The notes below the pieces were generated by a model that saw only the letters and a list, made by a program, of their open reading frames with translations, was not told the DNA's origin and made no database searches. DNA of 18,914 nt from Candidatus Thorarchaeota archaeon. Lineage in GTDB: Archaea > Asgardarchaeota > Thorarchaeia > Thorarchaeales > Thorarchaeaceae. The stretch spans positions 1 through 18,914 of the forward strand of contig SDNP01000043.1 of NCBI GenBank assembly GCA_004524445.1. The letters are read 5' to 3'. This document shows, in pieces, positions 1 to 8,782 of this stretch. A program made the position numbers and the translations under genes. Positions within the stretch are counted from its first letter, which is position 1, and each line of letters opens with the position of its first letter.

Positions 1-36
1 ACAATAAATCAGTAATCATGCTAGAAAATATTGAGT

Positions 37-417
37 CTATTCATCTAGCGACCTAAATTTCATCCTTCGTCCGTCGCGGTACTTCACTAGATGTCCATCA
101 TCCACAAGTTGGTTTAGGACTTCGCTTGTCCGAGATCTGGACTTACCCCACTTCTTAGCCAATTCGGAGGTGGTCAATCCCTTCTGTGCATTCTCCAACA
201 GATTCAGTAGACGATTCCAACTAGCATCCTCCATGATGACGCTTTCGCCCTCATCGAATATCCTATAGTGCCCTGGTGCAACTGACTTCGAATCTCTCTT
301 CTCTGGAACTTGTATTTTTGAAGATAATTCATCGACTGTCTTGGTGAGAGTGCTGACGGTTTCTTTTAGTTCTCGTATCTCATCTTTTAGTACATCTACT
401 TCAGATCGTTTTGCCAT
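37..417 (-). CDS. Winged helix-turn-helix DNA-binding protein with N-terminal coiled coil (putative transcriptional regulator)
   Basis: N-terminal heptads (VDVLKDEIRELKETVSTLTKTVDELSSKI). C-terminal wHTH pattern GLTTSELAKKWGKSRSRTSEVLNQLVDDGHLVKYRDGRRMKF. ATG at 417 follows a GGTGA RBS; the ORF track starts at GTG 426. Confidence 0.75.
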   Translation of the reverse strand: MAKRSEVDVLKDEIRELKETVSTLTKTVDELSSKIQVPEKRDSKSVAPGHYRIFDEGESVIMEDASWNRLLNLLENAQKGLTTSELAKKWGKSRSRTSEVLNQLVDDGHLVKYRDGRRMKFRSLDE

Positions 418-426
418 CGATCTCAC

Positions 427-801
427 CTACTCATTCTCATATTCGTCCCTGATGTTCACATAGTTACGTCTTTTCCGATCCCGTTGTACAACCTTTCTAA
501 TCTCAGAACCTGGATCCCTAACTTCTCGATTAGGGCGATAATTCTCCATACCCTTTGTTTCAAAGGATTCGGGTTTTTGCTTGTCTGCCTCATCTACATC
601 TTCCTTTGTTTCATCTTCAGAACTCGTTGGTAAAACGTTGATTTTGGTAGTGTCTTCGACTACGCTCTCCATGGGATCTGAGACCACTATACTTTGTCCC
701 TCATTGATGAATGCATACTTTGCTTTATGGTCTCTAATCACATTATCAAGAATCTCTTTGGTTTTTTTGGCGCATTTCTTGCGCTTGTGGCTATAGGTCA
801 T
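427..801 (-). CDS. Hypothetical protein, highly charged (basic ends, acidic centre), probably co-transcribed with the wHTH gene
   Basis: ATG at 801 (MTYSHKRKK...) follows a GGTGA RBS and has a TTTATAA box about 70 nt upstream. The ORF-track extension to 894 runs through the repeat array and TATA box, so it is unlikely to be coding. Confidence 0.6.
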   Translation of the reverse strand: MTYSHKRKKCAKKTKEILDNVIRDHKAKYAFINEGQSIVVSDPMESVVEDTTKINVLPTSSEDETKEDVDEADKQKPESFETKGMENYRPNREVRDPGSEIRKVVQRDRKRRNYVNIRDEYENE

Positions 802-812
802 CCCAATTTCAC

Positions 813-852
813 CGACAACAATCGACAATAATAGACAACAATCGACAACATA
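813..852. repeat. Tandem direct repeat, 4 x 10 bp (consensus CGACAACAAT)
   Basis: Units CGACAACAAT, CGACAATAAT, AGACAACAAT and CGACAACATA start at 813, 823, 833 and 843. Confidence 0.9.
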
Positions 853-865
853 TCTAGCTCTCGAG

Positions 866-878
866 ATGTTATAAACAT
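866..878 (-). promoter_or_regulatory. Putative archaeal TATA box (TTTATAA on - strand) inside the palindrome ATGTT-N3-AACAT
   Basis: ATGTTATAAACAT at 866-878, upstream of the 801 start. Confidence 0.55.
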
Positions 879-987
879 TTGCCCCAAAAGTCAAAGCTTC
901 CCCAAATCGGAAAAATTGTCAGATTTTATACCAGCATACTGAATCCTTCGCATAATATGCCGGCATCATCAGCAGACGCTAATGTTT

Positions 988-1764
988 TCAAACCATCAGT
1001 TTTCTCGCAAATGTAATGTATCCTGTGTGTCCCACCATCCATGTGGGAGGACGTGTTTTGCCCTCTCTTACCATTAACTCGCGCTCCAGAATCTCTAATG
1101 TTTTAACCATGCCCCACTTTCCCTCTTCTCCCAATTCCTTGCAGGTCTTCATCACTTGTTCGATTGTTGGGCTGTAACTCACAACAAATCGACTGGGTTT
1201 GAGGGCAACATGAGCCTCTTTCACTGCCAGCCAAGGCGTAGCTAAATCAAAAACGACAGCATCAACATCTCGTTCCTCAATTCCATCTAGTACATCTTTG
1301 TTGTACATTGTGATGCGGTCCATATCAGCGAATCGTTTCAGATTCTTCTGTGCCCGATTGTACATATCTTCCCTGACTTCGTATGTGTAGACATGCCCCT
1401 CTGAACCAACGATTCTTGAAAGAACCCAGGTCAGAGAGCCCGATCCTGTCCCAGCTTCAACAACACGAGAGCCGGCACATATTCCCGCCTCGTTCACAAT
1501 CGTGCCCGCATCCTTTGGATAGATGATTTGAGTTGCTCTTCCCATGGAGATTTGAATATCATTCTGGCTTGGCCTATGAATCTGAAATATGGTTCCGGAG
1601 TGGCTTTCGACTTTGATGCCATATGGACGCCCAATAATATCATCAAATTCGATTATCCCCTTATTCGAATGAAATTTTGCGCCTGCTTTCACTTTTCTTA
1701 TCCAGTTTCTTTTAACGTCCAAGAAAATGAACACATTGTCGCCGTCTTCAATTGTGGTTGGCAT
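988..1764 (-). CDS. trmI: tRNA (adenine-57/58-N1)-methyltransferase
   Basis: TQIIYPKD, SAM-binding VVEAGTGSGSLT, FDLATPW, SYSPTIEQV and C-terminal TRP...VGHTGYITFARK, all typical of GCD14/TrmI. Confidence 0.95.
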   Translation of the reverse strand: MPTTIEDGDNVFIFLDVKRNWIRKVKAGAKFHSNKGIIEFDDIIGRPYGIKVESHSGTIFQIHRPSQNDIQISMGRATQIIYPKDAGTIVNEAGICAGSRVVEAGTGSGSLTWVLSRIVGSEGHVYTYEVREDMYNRAQKNLKRFADMDRITMYNKDVLDGIEERDVDAVVFDLATPWLAVKEAHVALKPSRFVVSYSPTIEQVMKTCKELGEEGKWGMVKTLEILERELMVREGKTRPPTWMVGHTGYITFARKLMV

Positions 1765-1888
1765 ACTTGATGGATTCAGGAAAGGGTGTTTTGAGTCTTG
1801 CTAACGGAACAAGGATATGACTCAGATTATAGCCTCCCACTACAAAGCTTTATTCGGCTACGACAAAACGAGCCATGAAGGGAACAGC

Positions 1889-4057
1889 ATGGTTGACAAC
1901 GACCCGGAAGATAAACCTGACGAAGATGAAGCCGGGAATAATTACCAAGAACCGGCCGAACTAGACCGTATTATTTCCCCGTCAGATGTGGATTTCACAC
2001 CAAGAATTGGTCATGAGTTGGACCTCCACCTTGACTTAGATAATGGAGTCATTCTTGGGCGTTCCGCGAAGTTTCATGAGAAGTTCGGCTCCTCTGGTCT
2101 TGGCTTGATTGGAGCTGTTTCAGAGGTCGCAGATGATGAATCATCATCTCTCTTCGGTGTGCCTGTATTGATGGACCTTATGAGTCCCCATGTGGTGTTT
2201 GTGGCTGGCAAGAGAGGGTCAGGTAAGAGCTACACACTTGGCATCTTCGCAGAGGCTTTGGCTCTCTCCATGGGTCGGAATGAGATACAGGTTGCCGGGG
2301 TCATCGTTGATACGGTCGACGTTTTTCGACAGATGGTGGAAGAAAATGCTGACCAAGAAGACCTTCTAAAAAAGTGGGGGCTTGAAGCGAAAAGGTTCCC
2401 TGTGTCGGTATACATACCTCGAAAGACATACTTGTCTCTACCTGATGAAGTAAAGAAAAAAGCTAGACTATTGCCTCTTGCAATCAGTCCTAGAGAGCTT
2501 ACAGCAAGCGAATGGGGCTACGTGCTGGAACGTGGGGGGCAGCTAAGCACCTCGATGACTAATTTGATTGGCGATGTATTAGAGAGCATCAGAAAAGGCT
2601 ACACTCTTGAGTCTGGCGAGCAAGTGAAACGGAAACGTGATTTCAGCATAGCTGATATGATTAGCTGTATAGAGAATAATCCGGCAATTGACGAACTTTA
2701 CCAAACATCATCCAAGACGGCGCTTATCCAAAGGCTCCGTAGAGCTGACCGACTGGGTGTATTTCATACAGGAGGAACAAGTGCTCAAGACCTTGCTGTC
2801 GGAGGACAAATCTCAATCATCGATGTTGCTCCCCTTGGTTCTAATGCAGAGGCAGTACTTGCGATTTTGACCAATATGCTCTCTCGACAGGTTCTGACCT
2901 ACCGCATGGCTTGGACTGAAGAGGGGACTAGTGCCAGAGAAGAGTTGCCTCCCACTTGGCTTATTATCGATGAGGCTCACACTCTTGTCCCACGGGCGGG
3001 CAATACGCCTGCTAAGGATGCCATTATTGGATATGCCAAACTTGGTAGACGATTCGGATGCAGCCTCATACTCTGCACACAACAGCCCTCTGCTGTAGCT
3101 GATGAAGCAATCTCTCAGGCTGATATTATACTGTCTCATTCGTTATCCCACCAGAGCGATATTCGAGCACTGCATCAGAGAGCTCCCGCATTTATGCCGG
3201 ATCAATTCAAGGATAAACTATTCATCAGCAGCTTACCGAGAGGTGTCGCTTTGGTATTTGACCAAAGCACGGAGAACAAACGCGCGTTCATCATGCAGGT
3301 ACGTCCGAGGATGTCACAACATGGTGGCGCAGATAGGCTCTCCGGCATCTTTCAGGCTGCAGCATTGGCGCCTGACCAAGTAGAAGATACAATCGCTGCT
3401 GAAGAAGAATCTGCTGAGCCACATGAATTGCCTAGTATTCCTCGGCCGCCTCTTAAGTTGAGCAAAGAGGATTGGGCTGTTCTTGATGATTGGATGCGGG
3501 ATTATGTAGAGCGTCTTTTTGAGGAGCGATTACAAGAATACACCATAACAGAAGACGAGCATCCTCATATACAGACTTCTAATGCGAATGAAGACGAATC
3601 TGAAGTACAGCTAGAGGATAGTCCCTTTGATCTTGCTGACGAAATGCCTGAATACGATTTGAAATCGCTTGAATTAACAATTCGCGCATTCAGAAACCTC
3701 TCCCCATCAGTCCTCCGAAAGGCAATGCTGAGAAAGGTTCTCTACGCACCTCCTTCTCATGGTTTTCTTTTCAGTTCAGATATTCGTGAACGAGACTCCT
3801 TTGCTATTGTCAGTGAGACCCTTGATGCAGATGTTCTGCTAGAGCGCGTGATATCTATACTCAAAACTGCGGGATTCGATATCGTCAGAGCTCTCCAGGA
3901 TGATTCATTTTCCTTTATCCTTATGGGAACAGAGAATGCCCGTGCTTCGATATCGGCAGCAAAAACTCCAGCTTATTCCTGTGTTGCCATTGCATTGGTC
4001 AGTCCCGAGAAGAAGGCGATCATGAATCTTGCAAACCGACTTCGATCTTTATCTTAG
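1889..4057 (+). CDS. HerA/FtsK-superfamily (DUF87-type) P-loop ATPase with acidic linker and extra C-terminal domain
   Basis: Walker A in PHVVFVAGKRGSGKS, Walker B LIIDEAH, Arg-finger region KLGRRFG and LCTQQPS. No N-terminal HAS barrel is evident. Start chosen at ATG 1889; the ORF is open from 1817. Confidence 0.85.
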   Translation: MVDNDPEDKPDEDEAGNNYQEPAELDRIISPSDVDFTPRIGHELDLHLDLDNGVILGRSAKFHEKFGSSGLGLIGAVSEVADDESSSLFGVPVLMDLMSPHVVFVAGKRGSGKSYTLGIFAEALALSMGRNEIQVAGVIVDTVDVFRQMVEENADQEDLLKKWGLEAKRFPVSVYIPRKTYLSLPDEVKKKARLLPLAISPRELTASEWGYVLERGGQLSTSMTNLIGDVLESIRKGYTLESGEQVKRKRDFSIADMISCIENNPAIDELYQTSSKTALIQRLRRADRLGVFHTGGTSAQDLAVGGQISIIDVAPLGSNAEAVLAILTNMLSRQVLTYRMAWTEEGTSAREELPPTWLIIDEAHTLVPRAGNTPAKDAIIGYAKLGRRFGCSLILCTQQPSAVADEAISQADIILSHSLSHQSDIRALHQRAPAFMPDQFKDKLFISSLPRGVALVFDQSTENKRAFIMQVRPRMSQHGGADRLSGIFQAAALAPDQVEDTIAAEEESAEPHELPSIPRPPLKLSKEDWAVLDDWMRDYVERLFEERLQEYTITEDEHPHIQTSNANEDESEVQLEDSPFDLADEMPEYDLKSLELTIRAFRNLSPSVLRKAMLRKVLYAPPSHGFLFSSDIRERDSFAIVSETLDADVLLERVISILKTAGFDIVRALQDDSFSFILMGTENARASISAAKTPAYSCVAIALVSPEKKAIMNLANRLRSLS

Positions 4058-4114
4058 CCACCCAGCATGAATGGCCTTATAAGGAGTGGATTTTGCCTTG
4101 AAACTGGTGTCAAA

Positions 4115-4471
4115 ATGAGCAAAGAAGATATTCGCCCTCCTGTGAACCTTAAACTATCTTCCATGACCGATTTAGCTAGGATGCTTGTTTCATGGTCTCA
4201 AAGAGATCGTCCCGCAAGCATGCTGTACTTCGAACACGAGGGGAAGCACGTTTACGGTACAATGATTTCAAACCATGGTTACTACGAATACTATGGTATG
4301 CCTCTATGGATCTACTATGAGGCTGATGAACCACCTAAAGGCAATTTTCTAGCATACAAGGCTCGTCCAAAGGAATCGCTCAAATTCGTCGATGCATTTG
4401 AATCTGAACCAATGATTGTGCATTTGCCCATTATTAGATTGGCTGAGAAGCTCGAGATATTGGATATTTAG
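4115..4471 (+). CDS. Conserved archaeal hypothetical protein (resembles small TACK/Asgard 'cren' proteins)
   Basis: N-terminal VNLKLSSMTDLARML, aromatic-rich beta strands and C-terminal LPIIRL, a pattern recalled from crenarchaeal hypotheticals. A TTATAA box lies near 4077-4082 before ATG 4115; the ORF is open from 4067. Confidence 0.65.
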   Translation: MSKEDIRPPVNLKLSSMTDLARMLVSWSQRDRPASMLYFEHEGKHVYGTMISNHGYYEYYGMPLWIYYEADEPPKGNFLAYKARPKESLKFVDAFESEPMIVHLPIIRLAEKLEILDI

Positions 4472-4492
4472 GCAATACCCCATCTTCAGATT

Positions 4493-4963
4493 TCATCTTT
4501 CTTTTGATGACCAGAAGGACATTGATGCGTCCTTCAGCCAAGACTTTAGATCCTGTAAAATCAGACCATGATCAAAGGCCAAATCATCTGGAATTAAGTC
4601 TTTTAGATTTCTCCATTCTGCGGCAGCCGCATCATCTCCACCCTTCACGTCCCCGTTTAGGCTTCTGCCAACAAAGACAACCGATATGTTATGCGCTCGA
4701 GGGTCTCGGTCGGGGTCACTGTACACCCCAAGGATGTCCACTAATTTGATATCCAATGAGGTTTCTTCTTTGGCTTCCCTGATTGCCGCATCTTCTACCC
4801 TCTCATTGTATTCCACGAACCCTCCCGGAAATACCCATTGCCCCTTAAAGGGCTCATTTGCCCGCTGAATCAGTACAACCCGATTCCCGTCAGTAATCAC
4901 AACATCAACTGTTGGATTAGGATTCTGCCACTCACTTTTTTCTCTGGGCCTGTTTTTTGTCAT
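4493..4963 (-). CDS. Nudix hydrolase (ADP-ribose pyrophosphatase / MutT-like)
   Basis: Nudix box GGFVEYNERVEDAAIREAKEETSL plus YSDPDRDPR, GDDA and LAFDH motifs. Start is ATG 4963 or 5002. Confidence 0.92.
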   Translation of the reverse strand: MTKNRPREKSEWQNPNPTVDVVITDGNRVVLIQRANEPFKGQWVFPGGFVEYNERVEDAAIREAKEETSLDIKLVDILGVYSDPDRDPRAHNISVVFVGRSLNGDVKGGDDAAAAEWRNLKDLIPDDLAFDHGLILQDLKSWLKDASMSFWSSKER

Positions 4964-5056
4964 AGATTTTCCCTCTTTCTGTGAGGTAACTTTCTCTGCC
5001 ATAACTTATTCGGATATTGACAGAGGACTTTTGTGACCTTTTTCTATATCACTGGC

Positions 5057-5335
5057 ATGACTGGGGATATTGATGAGTCTCCACCTTCTTGCGCGATAAC
5101 CATGCTGGGAATGATTGTGGTTGCATTCCCCGCCGCAATGATTGTGATATGGATTGTATTGATTGATGTGAATGACCTGATTGATCTCTTTGTCGTCATA
5201 CTCAGTTTTGTGCCTATTATTGCACTTACAACGCGTGCTGCTTGGTGCGCTACAAAACGTACAAAGAAATGGATTGCTCATTTAGATGAGTCTCAATCAA
5301 GTGAAGAAATTGACTTTGCTGGTGAAGACGAATGA
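5057..5335 (+). CDS. Small membrane protein with two predicted TM helices
   Basis: Hydrophobic stretches MLGMIVVAFPAAMIVIWIVLI and LFVVILSFVPIIALTT, then a basic segment and an acidic tail. The ORF is open from 5033. Confidence 0.6.
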   Translation: MTGDIDESPPSCAITMLGMIVVAFPAAMIVIWIVLIDVNDLIDLFVVILSFVPIIALTTRAAWCATKRTKKWIAHLDESQSSEEIDFAGEDE

Positions 5336-5384
5336 CACGCGAAATGCTTCAGTTGCCTGAAGAAGGACAGCATTATGGCGAATA

Positions 5385-6482
5385 CTAGTACATCTCTCGT
5401 GGTGAAGCTCTAAGGAAATTTGCTATGAATACGCTAGCGTATAATAGGAATGCTAGCCAGATTATCAGAGTCACAATGAGCAGGTCAGTTTTGAAGAAAA
5501 GTTCGACTACAAGAAACATACCAACGATGACAATGTTAGAAGCTCCTCCAAGTGTAGTATCATTTTCAACCCCAAGCAACTTCTTTACCAGAGTGAGAAT
5601 GACAACAACTCCTAGAGAAACCCAGTTTATGTACTGATTGAAGAGATCTGACCGGTCTAGAAAGGGTATTGTTCCCAATGGCGTTGGAACAGGCGGCAAA
5701 TAGAGCGATATGAAGATAATGAAAATAACTGCCTCTGCAATCCTAATCCATTTTGTAGGCGTTGGCGTATACACCTCTCCGTAGACTCCCCTGTCATATT
5801 CTTGGGCTGCAAAATATAGGAAGTAAACGGGTGCCCCAAAGCTAAGAGAGTTCACCAGACATTGGGCAATCCCGTATACGATTTTCACCCAAAAGGAGCT
5901 CCATGTTGCAAGTATCTCCTGCCAAACCAGCACATACTCTGGAATAAATTGGAGCAGTATGATTGCAGGAAGTATACATAGGGCGATAGCAATCAGAACC
6001 GCCAAGGCTGACGCCAATTTGCCCCCTCCAAGTTTTCCGACTCCAACTCTATAGAATACTACTCCTGCAACATATAGTCCTCCAAGAATTGCAAGTGGTG
6101 GGGTAACAATAGGCAGCACGAAAAACGCAAGAACAAATGCAGCATTTGTTCCATAAAACACCCTCCATCTCAAGGGTACTGAACTGGTGGAGTCATGCAT
6201 ATGGTGGACCGTATTAGCGAATCGGTATCTAGAGTTGTAGATTATTCCCATCCACGGTGCAGAAAACACGAGGGGAGTGACCACGTAGTGAAACATTATG
6301 TTGTATAGTGGCTCGGTAAACGGACTCAGCGTGAACGGCAAAATGAACATGAGTAGGAAAAAGTAGACTGGCCCCAAAATTGCAGTGGCAACGACGACCA
6401 ATCTTGTATGCATCCAGTCCGGACTCAACTCAATCACGCTGGTATCTTGGATTCCGCATTTAATATAAGTGTCCTCGACCAA
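5385..6482 (-). CDS. Uncharacterised polytopic membrane protein (about 9-10 TM segments)
   Basis: 365-aa ORF with repeated long hydrophobic segments. The true start may be TTG 6428 or ATG 6413, since a TTATAT box lies near 6463-6468. No family recognised. Confidence 0.75.
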   Translation of the reverse strand: MVEDTYIKCGIQDTSVIELSPDWMHTRLVVVATAILGPVYFFLLMFILPFTLSPFTEPLYNIMFHYVVTPLVFSAPWMGIIYNSRYRFANTVHHMHDSTSSVPLRWRVFYGTNAAFVLAFFVLPIVTPPLAILGGLYVAGVVFYRVGVGKLGGGKLASALAVLIAIALCILPAIILLQFIPEYVLVWQEILATWSSFWVKIVYGIAQCLVNSLSFGAPVYFLYFAAQEYDRGVYGEVYTPTPTKWIRIAEAVIFIIFISLYLPPVPTPLGTIPFLDRSDLFNQYINWVSLGVVVILTLVKKLLGVENDTTLGGASNIVIVGMFLVVELFFKTDLLIVTLIIWLAFLLYASVFIANFLRASPREMY

Positions 6483-6505
6483 GGGGATGTAAGGTATTCT
6501 AGGAG

Positions 6506-7303
6506 TTGTGCGCTGTGTATAAGAGAAAACTTGCTGCTGCCAAATTTGTCAGAAAGAGCAGGCTAATCCTTGGACTGGATCTTGTAGCAAATACAACACT
6601 CTATAGAAGCGATGCTCGGATTATAGAGAAGAAAGGTCTGGCAGAGAAGGCGCGAAATACAATCCGACAGACCTCTGACCACGTACTCGCTTACAAATTC
6701 AACCGTCATCTCGTATTGCCCCTTGGTCTTTATGACGAAATTCCTGATTTGATTGATCTCATTCATGACCTAGGCTTGACAGCTATCATGGATTGCAAAA
6801 TCAACGACATCGGGCATTCCAACGAAATAATCGCCAAATATTATCTAGATGCTGGATTCGATGCTATCATTGTGAATCCCTTTGTGGGATGGGATAATGG
6901 CCTTGATTCAGTCTTCAAAGTTGCTACTGAACGGTCCAAAGGAATCATCACTCTCTGCTATATGTCTCATCCTGCAGCGGAAGAGGGATATGGCCTAAGG
7001 GTTGCACTAGATGAGAAGGGAAAGAAGTGGGAGCCACTATACCTCGAATTTGCTCGACGTGCAAAGAAGTGGGAAGCTGATGGAGTAATAGTCGGAGCAA
7101 CATATCCAGAACGAATAACCGAGGTCAAGGATATTCTTGGTGACGCTGTTCCAATAATATCGCCTGGAGTTGGAGCTCAGGGTGGATCTGCTAGTAAAGC
7201 AATAAAGGCGGGAGCAGAATATGTCATTGTTGCTCGTTCAATAATCAATGCGGATAATCCTGGTGAAGCGGCGCGGACGTTGGCCGAGGAAACCATGCAG
7301 TAA
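6506..7303 (+). CDS. pyrF: Orotidine 5'-phosphate decarboxylase
   Basis: LILGLD, AYK, catalytic DCKINDIGHS (DxKxxDI), VGAT, SPGVGAQGG and IVARSI. GTG 6515 is an alternative start after an AGGAG RBS. Confidence 0.95.
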   Translation: MCAVYKRKLAAAKFVRKSRLILGLDLVANTTLYRSDARIIEKKGLAEKARNTIRQTSDHVLAYKFNRHLVLPLGLYDEIPDLIDLIHDLGLTAIMDCKINDIGHSNEIIAKYYLDAGFDAIIVNPFVGWDNGLDSVFKVATERSKGIITLCYMSHPAAEEGYGLRVALDEKGKKWEPLYLEFARRAKKWEADGVIVGATYPERITEVKDILGDAVPIISPGVGAQGGSASKAIKAGAEYVIVARSIINADNPGEAARTLAEETMQ

Positions 7304-7318
7304 GTTAGAAAAGCAAAA

Positions 7319-7334
7319 TGCACAGAAGTGTACA
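7319..7334. promoter_or_regulatory. Candidate operator TGCACA-N4-TGTACA (distal copy)
   Basis: TGCACAGAAGTGTACA in the pyrF-aminotransferase intergenic region; matches the copy at 7414. Confidence 0.45.
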
Positions 7335-7413
7335 TATTAGGTCGGAAGAGACCTCTATCTGCCTCTCATAATTAGAAACAGATAAAGGGAACAGGCATCC
7401 ATTTTTTAGTAGT

Positions 7414-7429
7414 TGTACATAAATGTACA
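7414..7429. promoter_or_regulatory. Candidate operator TGTACA-N4-TGTACA (proximal copy)
   Basis: TGTACATAAATGTACA, about 30 nt before the aminotransferase start. Confidence 0.5.
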
Positions 7430-7461
7430 TGACGACATCGTAATTGATGGAGCGAGTTCTA

Positions 7462-8736
7462 ATGGCAGATAAAGACGGTTACAGTTTTTCGAGTTGGACT
7501 TCGTTTATTGAAGAATCTCAAATCCGAGCACTCCTAAAGTATCACGTGGAGTACTATTACGCCGGTGGAAAACCCGGAATAATCCCCACAGATACTTTTG
7601 CTGACATCATGGCTGATTTGAGCGAAACATATAAAGAAAATCCAAAGATGGCGCTGGAAGATTTTAATTATGGGCCGACAGGAGGGCAGCCTTGGTTCCT
7701 AAAGACCCTTGCTCGAAGACTTTGTGATGTTCGCGGAATACCTATTGATTGTGATGATGAAGAATGGGAACTAGTATCCATTACGAATGGCTCTCAACAG
7801 GCTCTATACGCTCTGCTCGATACTCTCATTGACCCTGGTGATGTAATAATCACTCCATCACCAGCATATCTTGGGTTCTTGGTTCCCGCCGTCAAACTTG
7901 GCGGGAGAATCATAACCATCCCAACCGATCTCGATGGTATAATCCCCGAATATGTTGAAAAAGCGGTGCATGTTTCAAAAATGAAGTTTGGCAAGGTTCC
8001 AGATATTCTCTATGTGGTACCAGATTCAGATAATCCAAAGGGAACGACAATTCCTATGAAACGCAGAAAGGCGCTCTTTGATATCTGTGAGAGCCACGAT
8101 ATGTTATTGATTGAAGACTCCGCTTATGCCGAAATTCAATTCAAGAAGAACCCCAAGCCGATTAAGACACTTGACAAAGAGAACAAAAGAGTAGCATACC
8201 TCGGTACGACAAGCAAAGAGGCTGCAGTCCTTAGAGTCGGGTACTCTGTGATGCCAACTAATGTTCGAGAACAAGTTCTGAAAGATAAGGGCTACCTTGA
8301 CTTGTGTACATCCACACTAGTTCAGCGTATCTTGAATGAGTACTACATGAACCACATTGACGAGGCCATGAAGGTTGCAATTCCTGAGTACGAAAAGAGA
8401 TACAAGGCTATGGCAAAAGCAATGGACGCCTCATTCCCTGCCGGCAAGAGAACTGACCCAACGGGCGGCTTTTTCATCTGGTGGGAGAGCGAAAAGCCCG
8501 ACTTCAATAGCAAGAAATTCATGATGGATGTCGCGATTCCAAACGATATCCTCTATGTTCCTGGAGGTCCATTCTACCCCATCACAGGATATGACTTGAC
8601 CGACAATGGAAACGATTTGAAACCAACATCGCCGCAGCCTAATACCATGAGGCTAGGTTACTCTTATGCTGAACCTGACGTAATATCCGAAGGTATTGAG
8701 AAACTGGGCAATCTTCTCTCAGAAGAACTAGACTAG
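7462..8736 (+). CDS. PLP-dependent aminotransferase class I/II (LysN/ARO8-like 2-aminoadipate or aromatic transaminase subfamily)
   Basis: SQIRALLK...AGGKP, NYGPTGG, ITNGSQQAL, DNPKGTT, IEDSAY, PLP lysine in GTTSKEAAVLRVGY, GGFFIW and MRLGYS. ATG 7462 follows a GGAG RBS; the ORF is open from 7444. Confidence 0.92.
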   Translation: MADKDGYSFSSWTSFIEESQIRALLKYHVEYYYAGGKPGIIPTDTFADIMADLSETYKENPKMALEDFNYGPTGGQPWFLKTLARRLCDVRGIPIDCDDEEWELVSITNGSQQALYALLDTLIDPGDVIITPSPAYLGFLVPAVKLGGRIITIPTDLDGIIPEYVEKAVHVSKMKFGKVPDILYVVPDSDNPKGTTIPMKRRKALFDICESHDMLLIEDSAYAEIQFKKNPKPIKTLDKENKRVAYLGTTSKEAAVLRVGYSVMPTNVREQVLKDKGYLDLCTSTLVQRILNEYYMNHIDEAMKVAIPEYEKRYKAMAKAMDASFPAGKRTDPTGGFFIWWESEKPDFNSKKFMMDVAIPNDILYVPGGPFYPITGYDLTDNGNDLKPTSPQPNTMRLGYSYAEPDVISEGIEKLGNLLSEELD

Positions 8737-8745
8737 AAATTCATG

Positions 8746-8769
8746 GCACCAGAACTCGCTTTCTGGTGC
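8746..8769. terminator. Inverted repeat between convergent genes (possible bidirectional terminator)
   Basis: GCACCAGAA-ctcgct-TTCTGGTGC, a perfect 9-bp stem followed by T-rich TTTCTTCTTTT on the + strand. Confidence 0.6.
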
Positions 8770-8782
8770 ACGTTTCTTCTTT

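Noticed and set aside
813-852. Repeat array as a CRISPR
   Set aside because: Units are 10 bp, contiguous, have no spacers, and no cas genes are present.
37-894. The 427..801 ORF's TAG stop is immediately followed in frame by the wHTH ORF (possible read-through fusion or split gene)
   Set aside because: The junction TAGGTGAGATCGATG holds a good GGTGA RBS before ATG 417, so ordinary translational coupling explains it.
1817-4471. HerA plus downstream ORF as a HerA-NurA repair pair or a Sir2/DUF4297-HerA defence system
   Set aside because: The 118-aa neighbour shows no nuclease or sirtuin motifs and has its own TATA box. The flanking genes are housekeeping.
5006-5281. - strand Cys/His-rich 91-aa ORF (CTFC...CKC)
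   Set aside because: It overlaps the more plausible two-TM + strand gene. Its His/Asn richness is what antisense reading of hydrophobic codons gives.
7444-8736. Aminotransferase as a MocR/GabR regulator or part of the bsh operon
   Set aside because: It has no N-terminal GntR HTH, and it is convergent with bshC across a terminator-like hairpin.
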